Below are positions 17,739 through 27,731 of a stretch of 64,000 bases of DNA, piece by piece (the first letter of the stretch is position 1; each line of letters starts with the position of its first letter). The notes beneath the pieces are model-generated. The model was not told where the DNA came from and made no database searches. It saw only the letters and a list, made by a program, of their open reading frames with translations. Origin of the DNA: Acidobacteriota bacterium (GTDB lineage: Bacteria > Acidobacteriota > Polarisedimenticolia > J045); contig JAUZRX010000063.1 of the NCBI GenBank assembly GCA_030949985.1, positions 6,855 to 70,854 of the forward strand, in the 5' to 3' direction. The translations under genes were made by a program, and so were the position numbers.

Positions 17739-18755
17739 ATGACCTACACCGCGACGCTGATCCCCGGGGACGGCATCGGCCGGGAAGTGACCCATGCCGC
17801 CCGGCGGGTTCTCGACGCCAGCGGCGTCGCCTTCGAGTGGGAGACCGCCGACGCCGGAGGCGAACACATCAGCCGCTACGGCACGCCCCTGCCCCAGGAG
17901 ACCATCGACTCGGTGATGCGCAACCGGGTCGCCCTGAAAGGACCGATCGGCACCCCGATCGGCGCGGGCTTCCGCTCGGTGAACGTGGAACTGCGCAAGA
18001 CCCTCGATCTCTTCGCCAACTTCCGGCCGGCGCGCAGCCTCGAGGGGGTCCCCACCCGCTACGCGGGAGTCAACCTGATGGTGGTCCGGGAGAACTCGGA
18101 AGGCCTGTACAGCGGCCTCGAGCACATCGTCGTGCCGGGAGTCGTCGAAAGTCAGCGGATCATCACCGAGGCCGCCAGTGAACGCATCGTGCGCTACGCC
18201 TTCGAGACCGCCCGCCGCCATGGACGGCGCAAGGTCACGGCGGTGCACAAGGCGAACATCCTCAAACTCAGCGATGGGCTCTTCCTCGAGGTCGCCCGCC
18301 GCATCGCCCGGGAGTTCCCCGGCATCGAGTACGAAGAGAGCATCGTCGACGCCACGGCGATGCGCCTGGTGCTCGACCCCTCCCTGTTCGATGTGCTGGT
18401 CATGGAGAATCTCTTCGGCGACATCATCTCCGACCTGACCTCCGGCCTGATCGGCGGGCTGGGCCTCGCCCCGAGCGCCAACATCGGCGACAAGTACGCC
18501 GTCTTCGAAGCCGTCCACGGCTCGGCGCCCGATATCGCCGGCCGGGGCATCGCCAACCCCACGGCCCTGATCCTCTCGGGCGCGCTGATGCTCGATCACC
18601 TCGGTGAACACCCGGCGGCCCGCCGGGTGGAGAAAGCCGTCTGCCGGGTGATCCGCGAGGGTGCCATCGTCACCCGCGACCTGGGAGGCAACGCGAGCAC
18701 CGAGGAGTACACGGAGGCCGTCATCGCCGCCATGGAACGCGAAGGGGACGACTGA
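17739..18755 (+). CDS. NAD-dependent isocitrate dehydrogenase (isocitrate/isopropylmalate DH family, IDH3-like)
   Basis: GGGAGGAG RBS. 338 aa. …NVELRKTLDLFANFRP…ENSEGLYSG…ENLFGDIISDL…GIANPTALILSGALML. Confidence 0.8.
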   Translation: MTYTATLIPGDGIGREVTHAARRVLDASGVAFEWETADAGGEHISRYGTPLPQETIDSVMRNRVALKGPIGTPIGAGFRSVNVELRKTLDLFANFRPARSLEGVPTRYAGVNLMVVRENSEGLYSGLEHIVVPGVVESQRIITEAASERIVRYAFETARRHGRRKVTAVHKANILKLSDGLFLEVARRIAREFPGIEYEESIVDATAMRLVLDPSLFDVLVMENLFGDIISDLTSGLIGGLGLAPSANIGDKYAVFEAVHGSAPDIAGRGIANPTALILSGALMLDHLGEHPAARRVEKAVCRVIREGAIVTRDLGGNASTEEYTEAVIAAMEREGDD

Positions 18756-18786
18756 TCCGCGCGGAAGAGGCTTTCGGCGCAGGCCG

Positions 18787-19600
18787 CTAGGAAAGCATCA
18801 GCAGGCCCAAATACCAGCGGATCAGCGGGTTGCCCCAGAATGCGGTGATCGCGGCGGCGGGGGCCAGGAAACAGCCGAAGGGAAGCTGGCGGGTCATGCC
18901 CCAGCGCCCCGACAGGAGATAGGGCAGGCTGAGCAGCGTGCCCACGATGGATGCCAGGAAGACCGTCACCACCACACCGCCGATTCCCAGGAAGGCCCCC
19001 ACCCCGAGCATCATCTTCAGGTCGCCTCCTCCCATGGCGTCACGGGCGAAGAGCATCTGCCAAACCATGGCCAGGGTGAAGAACAGGCCGTAACCCAGGA
19101 CCGCTCCTGCCGCCCCGGAAGCGAGCCGCGAGACCATGGACCCCTGCCCGAGAAAACCGGGAGCCAGGTCGAGCAGAGTGTTCCACGGCGCGAGAGCGAT
19201 GCCGATGGCGGCCGTCGGCAGGGTCACCTTGTCGGGAAGAAGCTGGTGGTCGTAGTCCGTGAAGAAAAGCACCACCAGCGCCGAGAGCAGCGGCAGCAGG
19301 ACGAAGCTGCGGGCCCCGCAGCCGAAGTGCAGGCCGGCGGCCAGCCACAACCCCGCGTTGAGGGCCTCGACCAGCGGATAGCGGGGAGAGATCGGCTCTT
19401 TGCAGTAGGCGCAGCGCCCCCCGAGCAGCAGCCAGGAGAGGATGGGCACGTTGTGCCAGGGGCGCAGGCGCCGCCGGCAGCGGGGGCAGGCCGACGGCGG
19501 CGTCACCACGCTCCGGCCCAGGGGCAGCCGATAGATGCAAACGTTGAGGAACGAACCCACCACCGCGCCGACCACCGCCAGCGCCACCAGGACTTCCACT
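18787..19600 (-). CDS. pilD: Prepilin peptidase PilD (A24A)
   Basis: GTG start (VEVLVALAVVGAVVGSFLNVCIYRLP). Zn-binding CPRC…CAYC pair. Polytopic C-domain with catalytic D motifs (…FFTDYDHQLLPD…GGGDLKMM…). Confidence 0.85.
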
Positions 19601-19619
19601 TGCAGCAGTCGGGCCGGGC

Positions 19620-20468
19620 TCACCGCCCCCCCCCCTCCACGACGCCGCCTTTCGGAGAGTCCACGGTGCAGGCATCGGGATCGAAGCTCAAGGGCCGGCC
19701 CGACGCTGCGCGCGGCAGCGCGGACAGCAGACCGCTGTGCAACAACTCCTCGAGTCTCCGCGGGCAACGCCCATGGCGTTGCCGGAAGGCAGTCAGCGCC
19801 CGACGCGTATCCCGCACCGCGATCCGAGTCCGGGTCTGTTCGAGCCACATGGCGACCACCTGGGCCGTCTTCTCGTCGGGGGGATCCTCCAGGATGCGCT
19901 GATACTCGGCCAGCGCGTCTTCCAGGCTGCCCGCCTTCTCGAGCATTCTCGCAGCGAGGCGGGTCAGCTGCGGGGGAGCCCCCGGAGCGCCGGACGCTCT
20001 TCTCCAGTAGTCCCGGGCCCGGAGGTAACGCCGGTCGTTGTAGGCCTCCCAGCCGGCCCAGTAGGCGAGCTCCCAATTGTCCGGCATCCGCTCGAGTCCC
20101 AGGTCGAGCAGCTCGAGAGCCATATCCGTGTTGCGGGCCTCGAGGGACATGATCATCGCTCCCACCAGGTAGACCTCGACGTAGCGAGGATCGAGTTCGG
20201 TGATGGCTCCCGCAAAGATCTCCCGCAGATACTCGAAGCGGGAGTCGTCGTCGTAGTTCGAGTAGTACTGGATCGACCAGATGTAGAGCAGGTCGGCCAG
20301 GGTCTCCTCGTGCCCCAGGGACAGCGCGCGCAGATAGGGCCCCTGGGGCAGGTAGAGCAGCGAGGCCTGGGGGGAGGCCTGCCGGTGGCCTTCGAGCCAC
20401 GCGCGTCCCTGCGCCATGCCCGCCGCCAGCATCGCCGCCAGCACCAGCCACGGCAACCAACGCCGCAT
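19620..20468 (-). CDS. Secreted helical-repeat accessory protein (PilG-position protein of a PilGHI-like module)
   Basis: ATG at 20468 overlaps the permease stop (ATGA). Signal peptide MRRWLPWLVLAAMLAAGMAQG. Helical repeats (…YIWSIQYYSNYDDDSRFEYLREIFAGAITELDP…). Confidence 0.6.
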   Translation of the reverse strand: MRRWLPWLVLAAMLAAGMAQGRAWLEGHRQASPQASLLYLPQGPYLRALSLGHEETLADLLYIWSIQYYSNYDDDSRFEYLREIFAGAITELDPRYVEVYLVGAMIMSLEARNTDMALELLDLGLERMPDNWELAYWAGWEAYNDRRYLRARDYWRRASGAPGAPPQLTRLAARMLEKAGSLEDALAEYQRILEDPPDEKTAQVVAMWLEQTRTRIAVRDTRRALTAFRQRHGRCPRRLEELLHSGLLSALPRAASGRPLSFDPDACTVDSPKGGVVEGGGR

Positions 20469-21235
20469 CAGACCAGGTCCCGTCGGCGGAAGGCCAGCGC
20501 GGCGACCAGCAGGAGCATGCCGGCCCAGGCCAGTTCGTAGATCGTGGCCCACGCGATGCGATCGAAACCCACCGGCACACCATGGACGACAAATGCCCGG
20601 ATGTCGCCGAATTCCAGGTCCGGCAGCACCAGGTAGAGCCCGTGCACCAGCTTGCGGGCCCAGGTGCCCGCCGGCAGTTTCTGCTCGAGCAGGGTCAGCG
20701 CCCAGCACAGATGGCCGACGACGTAGATCGCCGAGGTGAACAGGGCCGAGAAGATCGGCGTCGAAAAGGACGAGAAGAACACCGCCGCCGCGGTGATGAA
20801 CATCAACTCGACCCAGAGCATGAAGATCGCCGCCAGCAGCGAGTGAGTGTAGGCCCCACGCCACAAGGTCATGCCCACCAGCAGCCATCCGAGGGCCGCG
20901 GTGTTGATGGAGATCGTCGCCGCCAGGCCGAGATACTTGCCGAAGATGTACTCCCAGCGGGCCACGGGCGCCGAGAGCGTGACCTGTACGGTACGTCGTT
21001 CCATCTCCCGGAAGAGGATACCCACGCCCACGAAGAGGGCGACCAGCAGGCCCAGCACGCTGATCGCCGACAGACCCAGATCTTTGATGATCTTCGCGTC
21101 GTCCCCCACGGTCATCATCGACAGCACTCGGGAGAAAAGCATCAGGGCCGCGGCAAAGACCAGCAGCAGGTAGAGCACGCGGTGCCGGATGGCTTCGGCC
21201 AGGGTCGAGTGGGCGATGGCCAGAATCCTGCTCAC
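20468..21235 (-). CDS. ABC-2-type transporter permease (PilI-like)
   Basis: 255 aa, six predicted TM helices. Overlaps the ATPase gene by 4 nt. Confidence 0.8.
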   Translation of the reverse strand: MSRILAIAHSTLAEAIRHRVLYLLLVFAAALMLFSRVLSMMTVGDDAKIIKDLGLSAISVLGLLVALFVGVGILFREMERRTVQVTLSAPVARWEYIFGKYLGLAATISINTAALGWLLVGMTLWRGAYTHSLLAAIFMLWVELMFITAAAVFFSSFSTPIFSALFTSAIYVVGHLCWALTLLEQKLPAGTWARKLVHGLYLVLPDLEFGDIRAFVVHGVPVGFDRIAWATIYELAWAGMLLLVAALAFRRRDLV

Positions 21236-22185
21236 GATGCATCCCCCGCTTCCGCGCCCTGCAGGGTGCGCAAGAAGAGATCTTCGAGAGTCTCCCGCTG
21301 GGGAGTCAATGACAGCAGCGTTCCACCACCGGCCTGGACGGCGGCGACGATCTCGGGGGCCCGGGCCTCCGCCGGCAGGCGCCAGAGGCGCTCGTCGCCC
21401 CGTTGGGCGATCAGCTCACCCCCGGCGAGTGCGCCGCCGCCGAGCACCTCCACTTCCCAGCGCAACACGCGACGCTCGCGCTCGAGGCGGCCGAGATCCC
21501 GCACGGCGAGCAGTTTCCCGCCCTTGAGAATCGCCACACGATCACAGAGCATCTCGGCGTCGGCGAGCACGTGGGATGCGAAGAGCACCGTCACGCCCTC
21601 TTCCCGCAGGCCGAGGATCAGATCCCGGAACTCCCTGCGGCCGATGGGGTCCAACCCGCTCATCGGCTCATCGAGAATCACGAAGCGGGGGTTGCCGATC
21701 AGCGCCCGGGCCATCCCGGCACGCTGCACCATGCCCTTGGAATACTTGCGCAGAGGTCGGTCCATCGCCGCCGCCAGGCCTACCCGCTCGAGCCACTCGC
21801 CTGCGCGACGACGCCGATCCGTCCTCTCGATACCGTGCAGGCGACCGGCGAATTCCACCAGCTCCCGCCCGGTCAGGTCGTCGGGAAAGTAGGGACTCTC
21901 GGGAAGGAAGCCGACTTCCTTCCGCGCGGCGGGCTCGCTGGCCCTGCGACCCATCAGCCGCACCTCGCCCCGATCCGGGAAGATCAGCCCCAGCGCCAGC
22001 TTGATGGTCGTCGTCTTCCCCGCCCCGTTGGGACCGAGCAGACCGAGGATCTCCCCTGGCCGTACCGCCAGGTCGAGCCCGTCGAGGGAGAGCAGAGGGC
22101 GCTGCCAGAAGTGCGTGCGATAAGACTTGGAGACGCCCTCGTAGACGAGGGGCGCCCCGGCTTGTGTCGGGCTGCAAGTGGCCAT
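21232..22185 (-). CDS. ABC transporter ATP-binding protein (PilH-like)
   Basis: Walker A GPNGAGKTTT, signature YSKGMVQRAGMA, Walker B FVILDEPMSGLD. Confidence 0.85.
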   Translation of the reverse strand: MATCSPTQAGAPLVYEGVSKSYRTHFWQRPLLSLDGLDLAVRPGEILGLLGPNGAGKTTTIKLALGLIFPDRGEVRLMGRRASEPAARKEVGFLPESPYFPDDLTGRELVEFAGRLHGIERTDRRRRAGEWLERVGLAAAMDRPLRKYSKGMVQRAGMARALIGNPRFVILDEPMSGLDPIGRREFRDLILGLREEGVTVLFASHVLADAEMLCDRVAILKGGKLLAVRDLGRLERERRVLRWEVEVLGGGALAGGELIAQRGDERLWRLPAEARAPEIVAAVQAGGGTLLSLTPQRETLEDLFLRTLQGAEAGDAS

Positions 22186-22189
22186 AGGA

Positions 22190-22225
22190 GGTGACTGTTA
22201 ATGCCCGGACTTGTTCATGTCAAGC
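22190..22225 (-). promoter_or_regulatory. Possible sigma-70 promoter for the ABC operon (TTGACA-17 nt-TAACAG), preceded by the kinase's terminator hairpin
   Basis: Minus strand reads CCGTCG-GCCGG-CGACGG hairpin, then TTGACATGAACAAGTCCGGGCATTAACAG about 10 nt before the ATG at 22185. The -10 element is weak. Confidence 0.3.
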
Positions 22226-22249
22226 CGTCGCCGGCCGACGGGCTCGACT

Positions 22250-25200
22250 TCAGGCTGGAACCAGCCAGCGAGAGAGCACGGCTTCGACCTGGCCCTGGTT
22301 GATCGGTTTGGCCAGATAGTCGTCCATACCCGCCGCCAGGCACTTCTCCCGGTCACCCTCCATGGCGTTGGCGGTCAGGGCGATCACCGGAATCCGCCCC
22401 CTCTCCCCGGGAAGTTGCCGGATCTTCTCGGTGGCTGCGAAACCGTCCATGCCGGGCATCTGGCAGTCCATGAAGACCAGCGCGAAGTCTTCCCGCCTGA
22501 TGATCTCCAGCGATTCCTCTCCCCCCGAGGCGCACACCACCCGGCAACCGAGGCGGGTGAGCAGCTTCTCGGCGACGCGGAGGTTGATCTTGTTGTCATC
22601 GACCACCAGCACCTTGGCGGCCTGCCAGTCCGCCGGACGGGCCACCGGGGTCTTCGGTGCCGGCACTCTCCTCTCTTCGTGCGGCTTGATGCCGGTCAGC
22701 AGCTTGCGCAGCAGGCGTGCCGGGTGGACCGGCTTGGAGATCCGTTCGCAGGTTCCCGCCCGCTCGCAGACCATGCGCGCTGGATCCGCACCCAGGGGAA
22801 GCAGGAAGAGAACCCGAACCTCCCGCAGGGATGGATGGGCGTGCACGGCAGCCGAGAAATGCAGCAGATCGTTCTGCGTCTCGCCCACGTCGACCAGCAA
22901 CCAGTCGCAACTCCCCTGGAAAGCGCTGATCTCCTCGGCGCCGGCGGCCTCGATCACCTGCGCTCCGAAGAGTTCGAGCTGTTCCCGCAGCAGCGCGCGC
23001 AGGCTGGCGTTCTTCCCGACCAGGAGGATCCGCCGGCTTTTGAGCGGCGGCTCACGGCCGACGGCCAGGTTGCCGCCGAGTTCCACGTGGAACCAGAAGC
23101 AGCTTCCCTCACCCTGACGGCTGGCGACACCGATGGCGCCTCCCATCTGCTCGACGAGATGGCGACAGATGGTCAGTCCCAGGCCCGTCCCTCCATAGCG
23201 ACGGGCGAAGGAACTGTCCTCCTGGGAAAAGGGTTCGAAGATCTTTTCCCGGGCCGCGCTCTCGATACCGATTCCCGAATCCTCGACTTCGAATCGAACC
23301 CGGATCCGCCCGGGCTGCCCGGCGTCGCCGGCCGAGACACGAATCGTCACCTGTCCCCGCTCGGTGAACTTGATCGCGTTGCCCACCAGGTTGGTCAGCA
23401 CCTGGCGCACGCGGTGGGGATCTCCAACGACCGATTCGGGCACATCGCTGGTCACCAGGTAACCCAGCTCCAGGCCCTTTTTCGCGGCACGAGCCGCCAT
23501 CAACGCCGCCACGGAGGCGACCATCTCGGACAGGTCGAACTCGATCTCTTCGAGGCCGATCCGGCCGGCCTCGATCTTCGACAGGTCGAGCACATCGTTG
23601 ATGATCGCCAGCAGTGCCTTGCCGGAGCTGTGGATGATCTCGGCATACTCGGCCTGCTCGCTGCTGAGTTCGGTCCTCAGCAGCAGCTCTGTCATACCCA
23701 GTACACCATTCATCGGCGTGCGGATCTCGTGGCTCATGGTAGCCAGGAAGGCGGACTTCGCCTCCGCCGCCTGCCGGGCGGCGGCCAGGGCCTCCTGCAG
23801 CGCCTGGTTGGCCCGGTTGAGTTCCCGCTGGTGGGCTTCGAGATCGCGGGTCCGCTCCCGCACCTTCTCTTCCAGATCCCGGTTCTGGCGCTCGATACTG
23901 CGGATCTGGTAGCGGAAGGCGCCGTACACCATCGCGCCCACCAGGAACGCGGCCATCGTGTAAAACCACCAGGTTCGCCAGTAAGGCGTCCTGATACGGA
24001 AGCCGATCCGGGCGGGCACGGGGGAAGTCACCCCATCCGCGTTGGTCGCCTGGACCAGGAAGGTGTATTCACCGTAGGGCAGGTTGGAGTAGGTGGCGCT
24101 GGTGCGGGAGGTCGGAGCCATCCAATCCTTGTCGAAGCCCTCGAGCTTGTATCGATAGCGCACCTTGGTCGGCGCCGTGGTGGAGATGCCGATGAAGTCG
24201 AAAGTCAGGTGGTTCTGGTTGTACCGCAGCTCGAGGCCATCGGTGAAGTCGATCGGCTCGAGGAAGATCTGGACTCCCGTGATATGCACCTTGGGCGGAA
24301 CCATGTTGCGCCGGTCGGCACGGCGGTTGTAGCGCACGGCGCCGTCGATCGTACCCAGCCAGATATAGCCCCGATCATCCTTGTAGACGGCGTGGACGTT
24401 GGTCTCCAGGCCCGCGAACCCCTCGTCCTTTCCGAAATGAGTGAAGGCCCCGGGCACGCCGTCCCACTTGTACAGACCGTTGTTGGTGCCCACCAGCACG
24501 CGGTCGTCGTCCGTACAGGCCACGAGGTAGACATTCTCCCGGCTGACACGACTCCCCTCGGAGACGTTGACGAAGCGGCCGCCGCTGAAGTAGTAGACGC
24601 CCCCGTCGTCCGTTCCGATCCACAACCGCCCCCGCGAATCCTCGTCGATGGAGTTGAGGGACAGGTGCCCGAGCCCGCGCTCCCGGCCGTAGAAGACGAA
24701 GCGTCCCATGCGGCCGCCGGTTGCAGGCAGGTAGCGGGCGAGCCCCATATCCGAAGTCGTCAACCAGATCCGATTCTCCCGGTCGACGAAGACGTCGTAG
24801 ACGGAAGTGTCGGTCTTGCCCTCCCGCAGGCGGAAGAGATCCAGCTTCCCCTGCGCGAGATCCGCCCCGGGCGCTTTCGGCATCCGGTAGCGGGCCACGC
24901 CGTGCCCCAGCATGCCGAACCACAAGCTCCCGTCAGGCCCCGCCGTCAACCCGAGCAGACGATGGGTCGGCAACCCGTCATCGACGCCCAGGTAGTCCAC
25001 CTCGCCGCTGGCCGGATCGTAGCGGGCCAGGCCCCCTCGATCGATGGTGAACCAGACCTGGCCGGCATCGTCCACGTGAACGCCCCGTACGCTCAGTGCC
25101 GGCAGGCCGGCACTCGCCGCCAGTACGAGATCGGGAGGACCCACATGGTCGGGATCGGGATAGGGCACGTGGATCAGGCCGCCCTGGGTACCAAACCAGA

Positions 25201-26305
25201 GGTCCCCCTGCCGGTCCTGGGTCGCCTCCCAGATCACGGACTGGAGCGGATCCTCCCCCTGGAGGAGGACCGTGAAAGGACTCGGGCGGTAGAGGGAGGC
25301 ACCCCGCCCGTCCGTTCCGAGCCAGACATTCCCTTCGCGATCCAGCATCAGCGCGCGGAAGCGCGTGAAACTGAGGCCATCATCGATGCCATAGCTCTGC
25401 AGGACCCGGATCCGGTGCCCCGTCGGGTCGGGCGCAACGCGCAGGACTCCCCCCCCGAAACTGGCCAGCCACAGGACTTCACCCGTGACACCGGCAACCG
25501 GCAGGATCTGCTCGATGGCATACATCGGCAGAGGTTGATCGGGCTCGAGAGGCGAGTCCAGGGAAGCACAGTCCCTGTCCGTGGCCGGACAGGCGTAAAG
25601 GTCGCCGTTCTCCGCACCGAACCAGAGATTGCCGGCTCTGTCGATCGCTGCCGTGCGAAAGGCGACTTCGGCGGCACCCCCGATCTTGCGGAAAGGCCCC
25701 TCCACGGATACGGCCCCGCGGGCATCGGCTCGCGCCCTGTAGAGTCCGCGGTCGGTGGCCAGCCACAGGTAGCCCCGGCCAAAGACCACGCCGAAGACCT
25801 TGTCCGGCGGGAGGTGCAGCGGATCGACCCGCCGCAGCCAGCCCTCACCGTCGAAGCGCTGGAGCCCGTTGCCTTCGGTAGCCAGCCAAAGGTTGCCGGC
25901 GGCGTCCTCGGCCAGGGCGTGCACCTCGCCGGGGCTTCCCTTCTCGGGCGGGGGGAAGACGGAAAAACCGTTCCCGTCCCAACGGCTGAGTCCGCCGGCG
26001 GCGTGAGCCAACCAGACTCGGCCCCCGCGATCGACGAACGCCGCAGTGATACGGTTGTCGAGCAGGCCATCCCGGGTCGTGAACGTTCTGAAGTGCAGGC
26101 CGTCGAAGCGCGACAGACCGTACTGCGTGCCCAGCCAGATGTAGCCGTCCCGGTCCTGGACCATGGCCTCGACCTGGGACTGGCTCAGGCCATCTTCCAC
26201 CGTGAAATGGCGAAAAACGGCCTCCTCCGCCACGGATGCGAGGCCGGGCAGAGACAGGAAAACGACGAGAGCCCCCAAGGGGCCCAGTGGCCGGAGGCGT
26301 TTCAA
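22250..26305 (-). CDS. Hybrid sensor histidine kinase with periplasmic two-component-regulator beta-propeller sensor
   Basis: TTG start, signal peptide, about 750 aa of propeller repeats (…GYIWLGT…GLSRFDG…) and a Y_Y_Y region. TM, HisKA ([17 protein letters not shown]), HATPase_c, then C-terminal receiver ([19 protein letters not shown]…[12 protein letters not shown]). Confidence 0.85.
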   Translation of the reverse strand: MKRLRPLGPLGALVVFLSLPGLASVAEEAVFRHFTVEDGLSQSQVEAMVQDRDGYIWLGTQYGLSRFDGLHFRTFTTRDGLLDNRITAAFVDRGGRVWLAHAAGGLSRWDGNGFSVFPPPEKGSPGEVHALAEDAAGNLWLATEGNGLQRFDGEGWLRRVDPLHLPPDKVFGVVFGRGYLWLATDRGLYRARADARGAVSVEGPFRKIGGAAEVAFRTAAIDRAGNLWFGAENGDLYACPATDRDCASLDSPLEPDQPLPMYAIEQILPVAGVTGEVLWLASFGGGVLRVAPDPTGHRIRVLQSYGIDDGLSFTRFRALMLDREGNVWLGTDGRGASLYRPSPFTVLLQGEDPLQSVIWEATQDRQGDLWFGTQGGLIHVPYPDPDHVGPPDLVLAASAGLPALSVRGVHVDDAGQVWFTIDRGGLARYDPASGEVDYLGVDDGLPTHRLLGLTAGPDGSLWFGMLGHGVARYRMPKAPGADLAQGKLDLFRLREGKTDTSVYDVFVDRENRIWLTTSDMGLARYLPATGGRMGRFVFYGRERGLGHLSLNSIDEDSRGRLWIGTDDGGVYYFSGGRFVNVSEGSRVSRENVYLVACTDDDRVLVGTNNGLYKWDGVPGAFTHFGKDEGFAGLETNVHAVYKDDRGYIWLGTIDGAVRYNRRADRRNMVPPKVHITGVQIFLEPIDFTDGLELRYNQNHLTFDFIGISTTAPTKVRYRYKLEGFDKDWMAPTSRTSATYSNLPYGEYTFLVQATNADGVTSPVPARIGFRIRTPYWRTWWFYTMAAFLVGAMVYGAFRYQIRSIERQNRDLEEKVRERTRDLEAHQRELNRANQALQEALAAARQAAEAKSAFLATMSHEIRTPMNGVLGMTELLLRTELSSEQAEYAEIIHSSGKALLAIINDVLDLSKIEAGRIGLEEIEFDLSEMVASVAALMAARAAKKGLELGYLVTSDVPESVVGDPHRVRQVLTNLVGNAIKFTERGQVTIRVSAGDAGQPGRIRVRFEVEDSGIGIESAAREKIFEPFSQEDSSFARRYGGTGLGLTICRHLVEQMGGAIGVASRQGEGSCFWFHVELGGNLAVGREPPLKSRRILLVGKNASLRALLREQLELFGAQVIEAAGAEEISAFQGSCDWLLVDVGETQNDLLHFSAAVHAHPSLREVRVLFLLPLGADPARMVCERAGTCERISKPVHPARLLRKLLTGIKPHEERRVPAPKTPVARPADWQAAKVLVVDDNKINLRVAEKLLTRLGCRVVCASGGEESLEIIRREDFALVFMDCQMPGMDGFAATEKIRQLPGERGRIPVIALTANAMEGDREKCLAAGMDDYLAKPINQGQVEAVLSRWLVPA

Positions 26306-26546
26306 GCTCGGCTCCGCATGCTCCTTCCGCCCGGACCCGCCGCGTCCATCGGACCCGGGCGATGGTGGCAGCCTCGCCGGGGAGGCCGGCGGTGGGAATA
26401 CAACGGCCCTCGCGCCGGAGTCTCCGGAGGCTGCCTGCTCACATCGTCTAAACTGGATTCCCGGGGGGGCCGGGGCAAGCCGTCCCCATCGGCCCCGGCA
26501 GAAACCGACTCGCAGTCACACTCGTCGGACAGTCGGCGCTGGACAG

Positions 26547-27731
26547 TCAGCGCTCCGGTTCACCCGCCGGAATCCCCGCCTGGCGGGCCAGGGTGAGATA
26601 GAGGCTTTCCTGGCGGCGAACCATGGTATCGATATCCCACGCCTCGACCCGCCGGCGGGCCCGACGGCCCATGGCCCGCGCCCGCCGGGGATCCGCCAGC
26701 AGGGCGGTCACCCCCCGGGCCAACCGCTCCACGTCACCGGCCTCCGCCAGAAAGCCCGTCTCGCCCTCTTCGACGGCCTCGGGGCTGCCGTCCACCGCCG
26801 TCACCACCACGGGCCGTCCCGCCGCCATCGCCTCCGGGATCACCCTCGGCAGCCCTTCGTGCCGGGAGGTGAGCACCAGCACGTCGATGGCCGCGAGAAC
26901 CTGCTCGGGATCCCGGCGCCAGCCCAGCAGGTGGAAACGCCCCTCAAGGCCCCGCGAGCCGACCTCGGCCTCCACCGCGGCCCGCAACTCGCCATCGCCG
27001 GCCAGCAGGAAGTGGGCCCCGGGTACCTCCCGCCTGACCCGCTCGGCGACCAGCACGTAGTCCAGCGGCGCCTTCTGGGGTTTGAGACAGGCGATCATGC
27101 CGGCCAGTGGAGCCTCGGCGGGCAGGCCCAGAGCCTGGCGCGCCCGGCGCCGGATCGTCTCATCCTCGGCGACCGTCTCGAAGCGATCGATCTCGATTCC
27201 GGAGTAGATCACCTCGAAGGCCTCGGCGGCGGCGATCTTGCGACGCTGCCCTTCGAGAGCGTTGGCCCGGGACACCGCCACGAGCTGGGTGCTCAGTTGT
27301 GCGGCGAATCTCTCGAGGGAAACGAAAATCCTCTGGCCCAGGATCGACTGGAGGGGCGTAAAACCCCACCCGTGCACGGTGTGCACGATGATGGGAACCC
27401 CGGCCAGAACCGCCGCCAGGCGCCCGAGAATCCCCGCCTTGGACGAATGGGTGTGGACGATCTGCGGTGCCAGCCGCTGCAGGCGACGGCGCAAGTCGGC
27501 CAGGGCCAGCAGGTCGCGCCCCGGTGCCACGGGGCGGGCCAGATGCGGGCAGGTCTCGAAGTGCAGCCCTTCGACGGCACGAGCCTGCGCTTCGAGCAGA
27601 CCGCCGGAGCCCGCCACCAGGATCGGCTCGAAGCGATCGCGGTCCAGGTGTGCGACGGTATAGAGAGTGTTCTGCTGGGCCCCACCCAGTTCGAGCTGGG
27701 TGATCAGGTGGGCCACCTTCAGCCGGCGCAT
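26547..27731 (-). CDS. Glycosyltransferase family 4 (GT-B)
   Basis: MRRLKVAHLITQLELGGAQQ N-domain; C-terminal EGLPRVIPEAMAAGRPVV (E-x7-E-like). ORF opens at TTG 27803; internal ATG preferred. Confidence 0.8.
   Translation of the reverse strand: MRRLKVAHLITQLELGGAQQNTLYTVAHLDRDRFEPILVAGSGGLLEAQARAVEGLHFETCPHLARPVAPGRDLLALADLRRRLQRLAPQIVHTHSSKAGILGRLAAVLAGVPIIVHTVHGWGFTPLQSILGQRIFVSLERFAAQLSTQLVAVSRANALEGQRRKIAAAEAFEVIYSGIEIDRFETVAEDETIRRRARQALGLPAEAPLAGMIACLKPQKAPLDYVLVAERVRREVPGAHFLLAGDGELRAAVEAEVGSRGLEGRFHLLGWRRDPEQVLAAIDVLVLTSRHEGLPRVIPEAMAAGRPVVVTAVDGSPEAVEEGETGFLAEAGDVERLARGVTALLADPRRARAMGRRARRRVEAWDIDTMVRRQESLYLTLARQAGIPAGEPER

Noticed and set aside
19620-21242. 540-aa minus-strand ORF as a single gene
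   Set aside because: Its N-terminal 258 aa are an alternative frame across the ABC-2 permease gene. Only the C-terminal 283 aa from ATG 20468 (with signal peptide) form a plausible gene.
21232-22185. Alternative start for the ABC ATPase to find a Shine-Dalgarno
   Set aside because: No in-frame ATG/GTG/TTG with better RBS was found between 22185 and the conserved P-loop region. ATG 22185 was kept despite a weak RBS.
26306-26546. Terminator for the GT4 operon (CCCGG-CCCCC-CCGGG hairpin)
   Set aside because: Short 5-bp stem in a GC-rich context with no U-tract. It is indistinguishable from background palindromes.
22211-26596. 1,461-aa ORF on the plus strand (with similar giants at 34590-37832 +, 59195-62326 +, 45115-47880 +, 15524-17275 +)
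   Set aside because: Shadow ORFs antisense to well-supported genes (hybrid kinase, ligase-like protein, secDF, pilB/pilT). Products are Arg/Gly/Pro/His-rich with no motifs, the expected artefact of about 70% GC.
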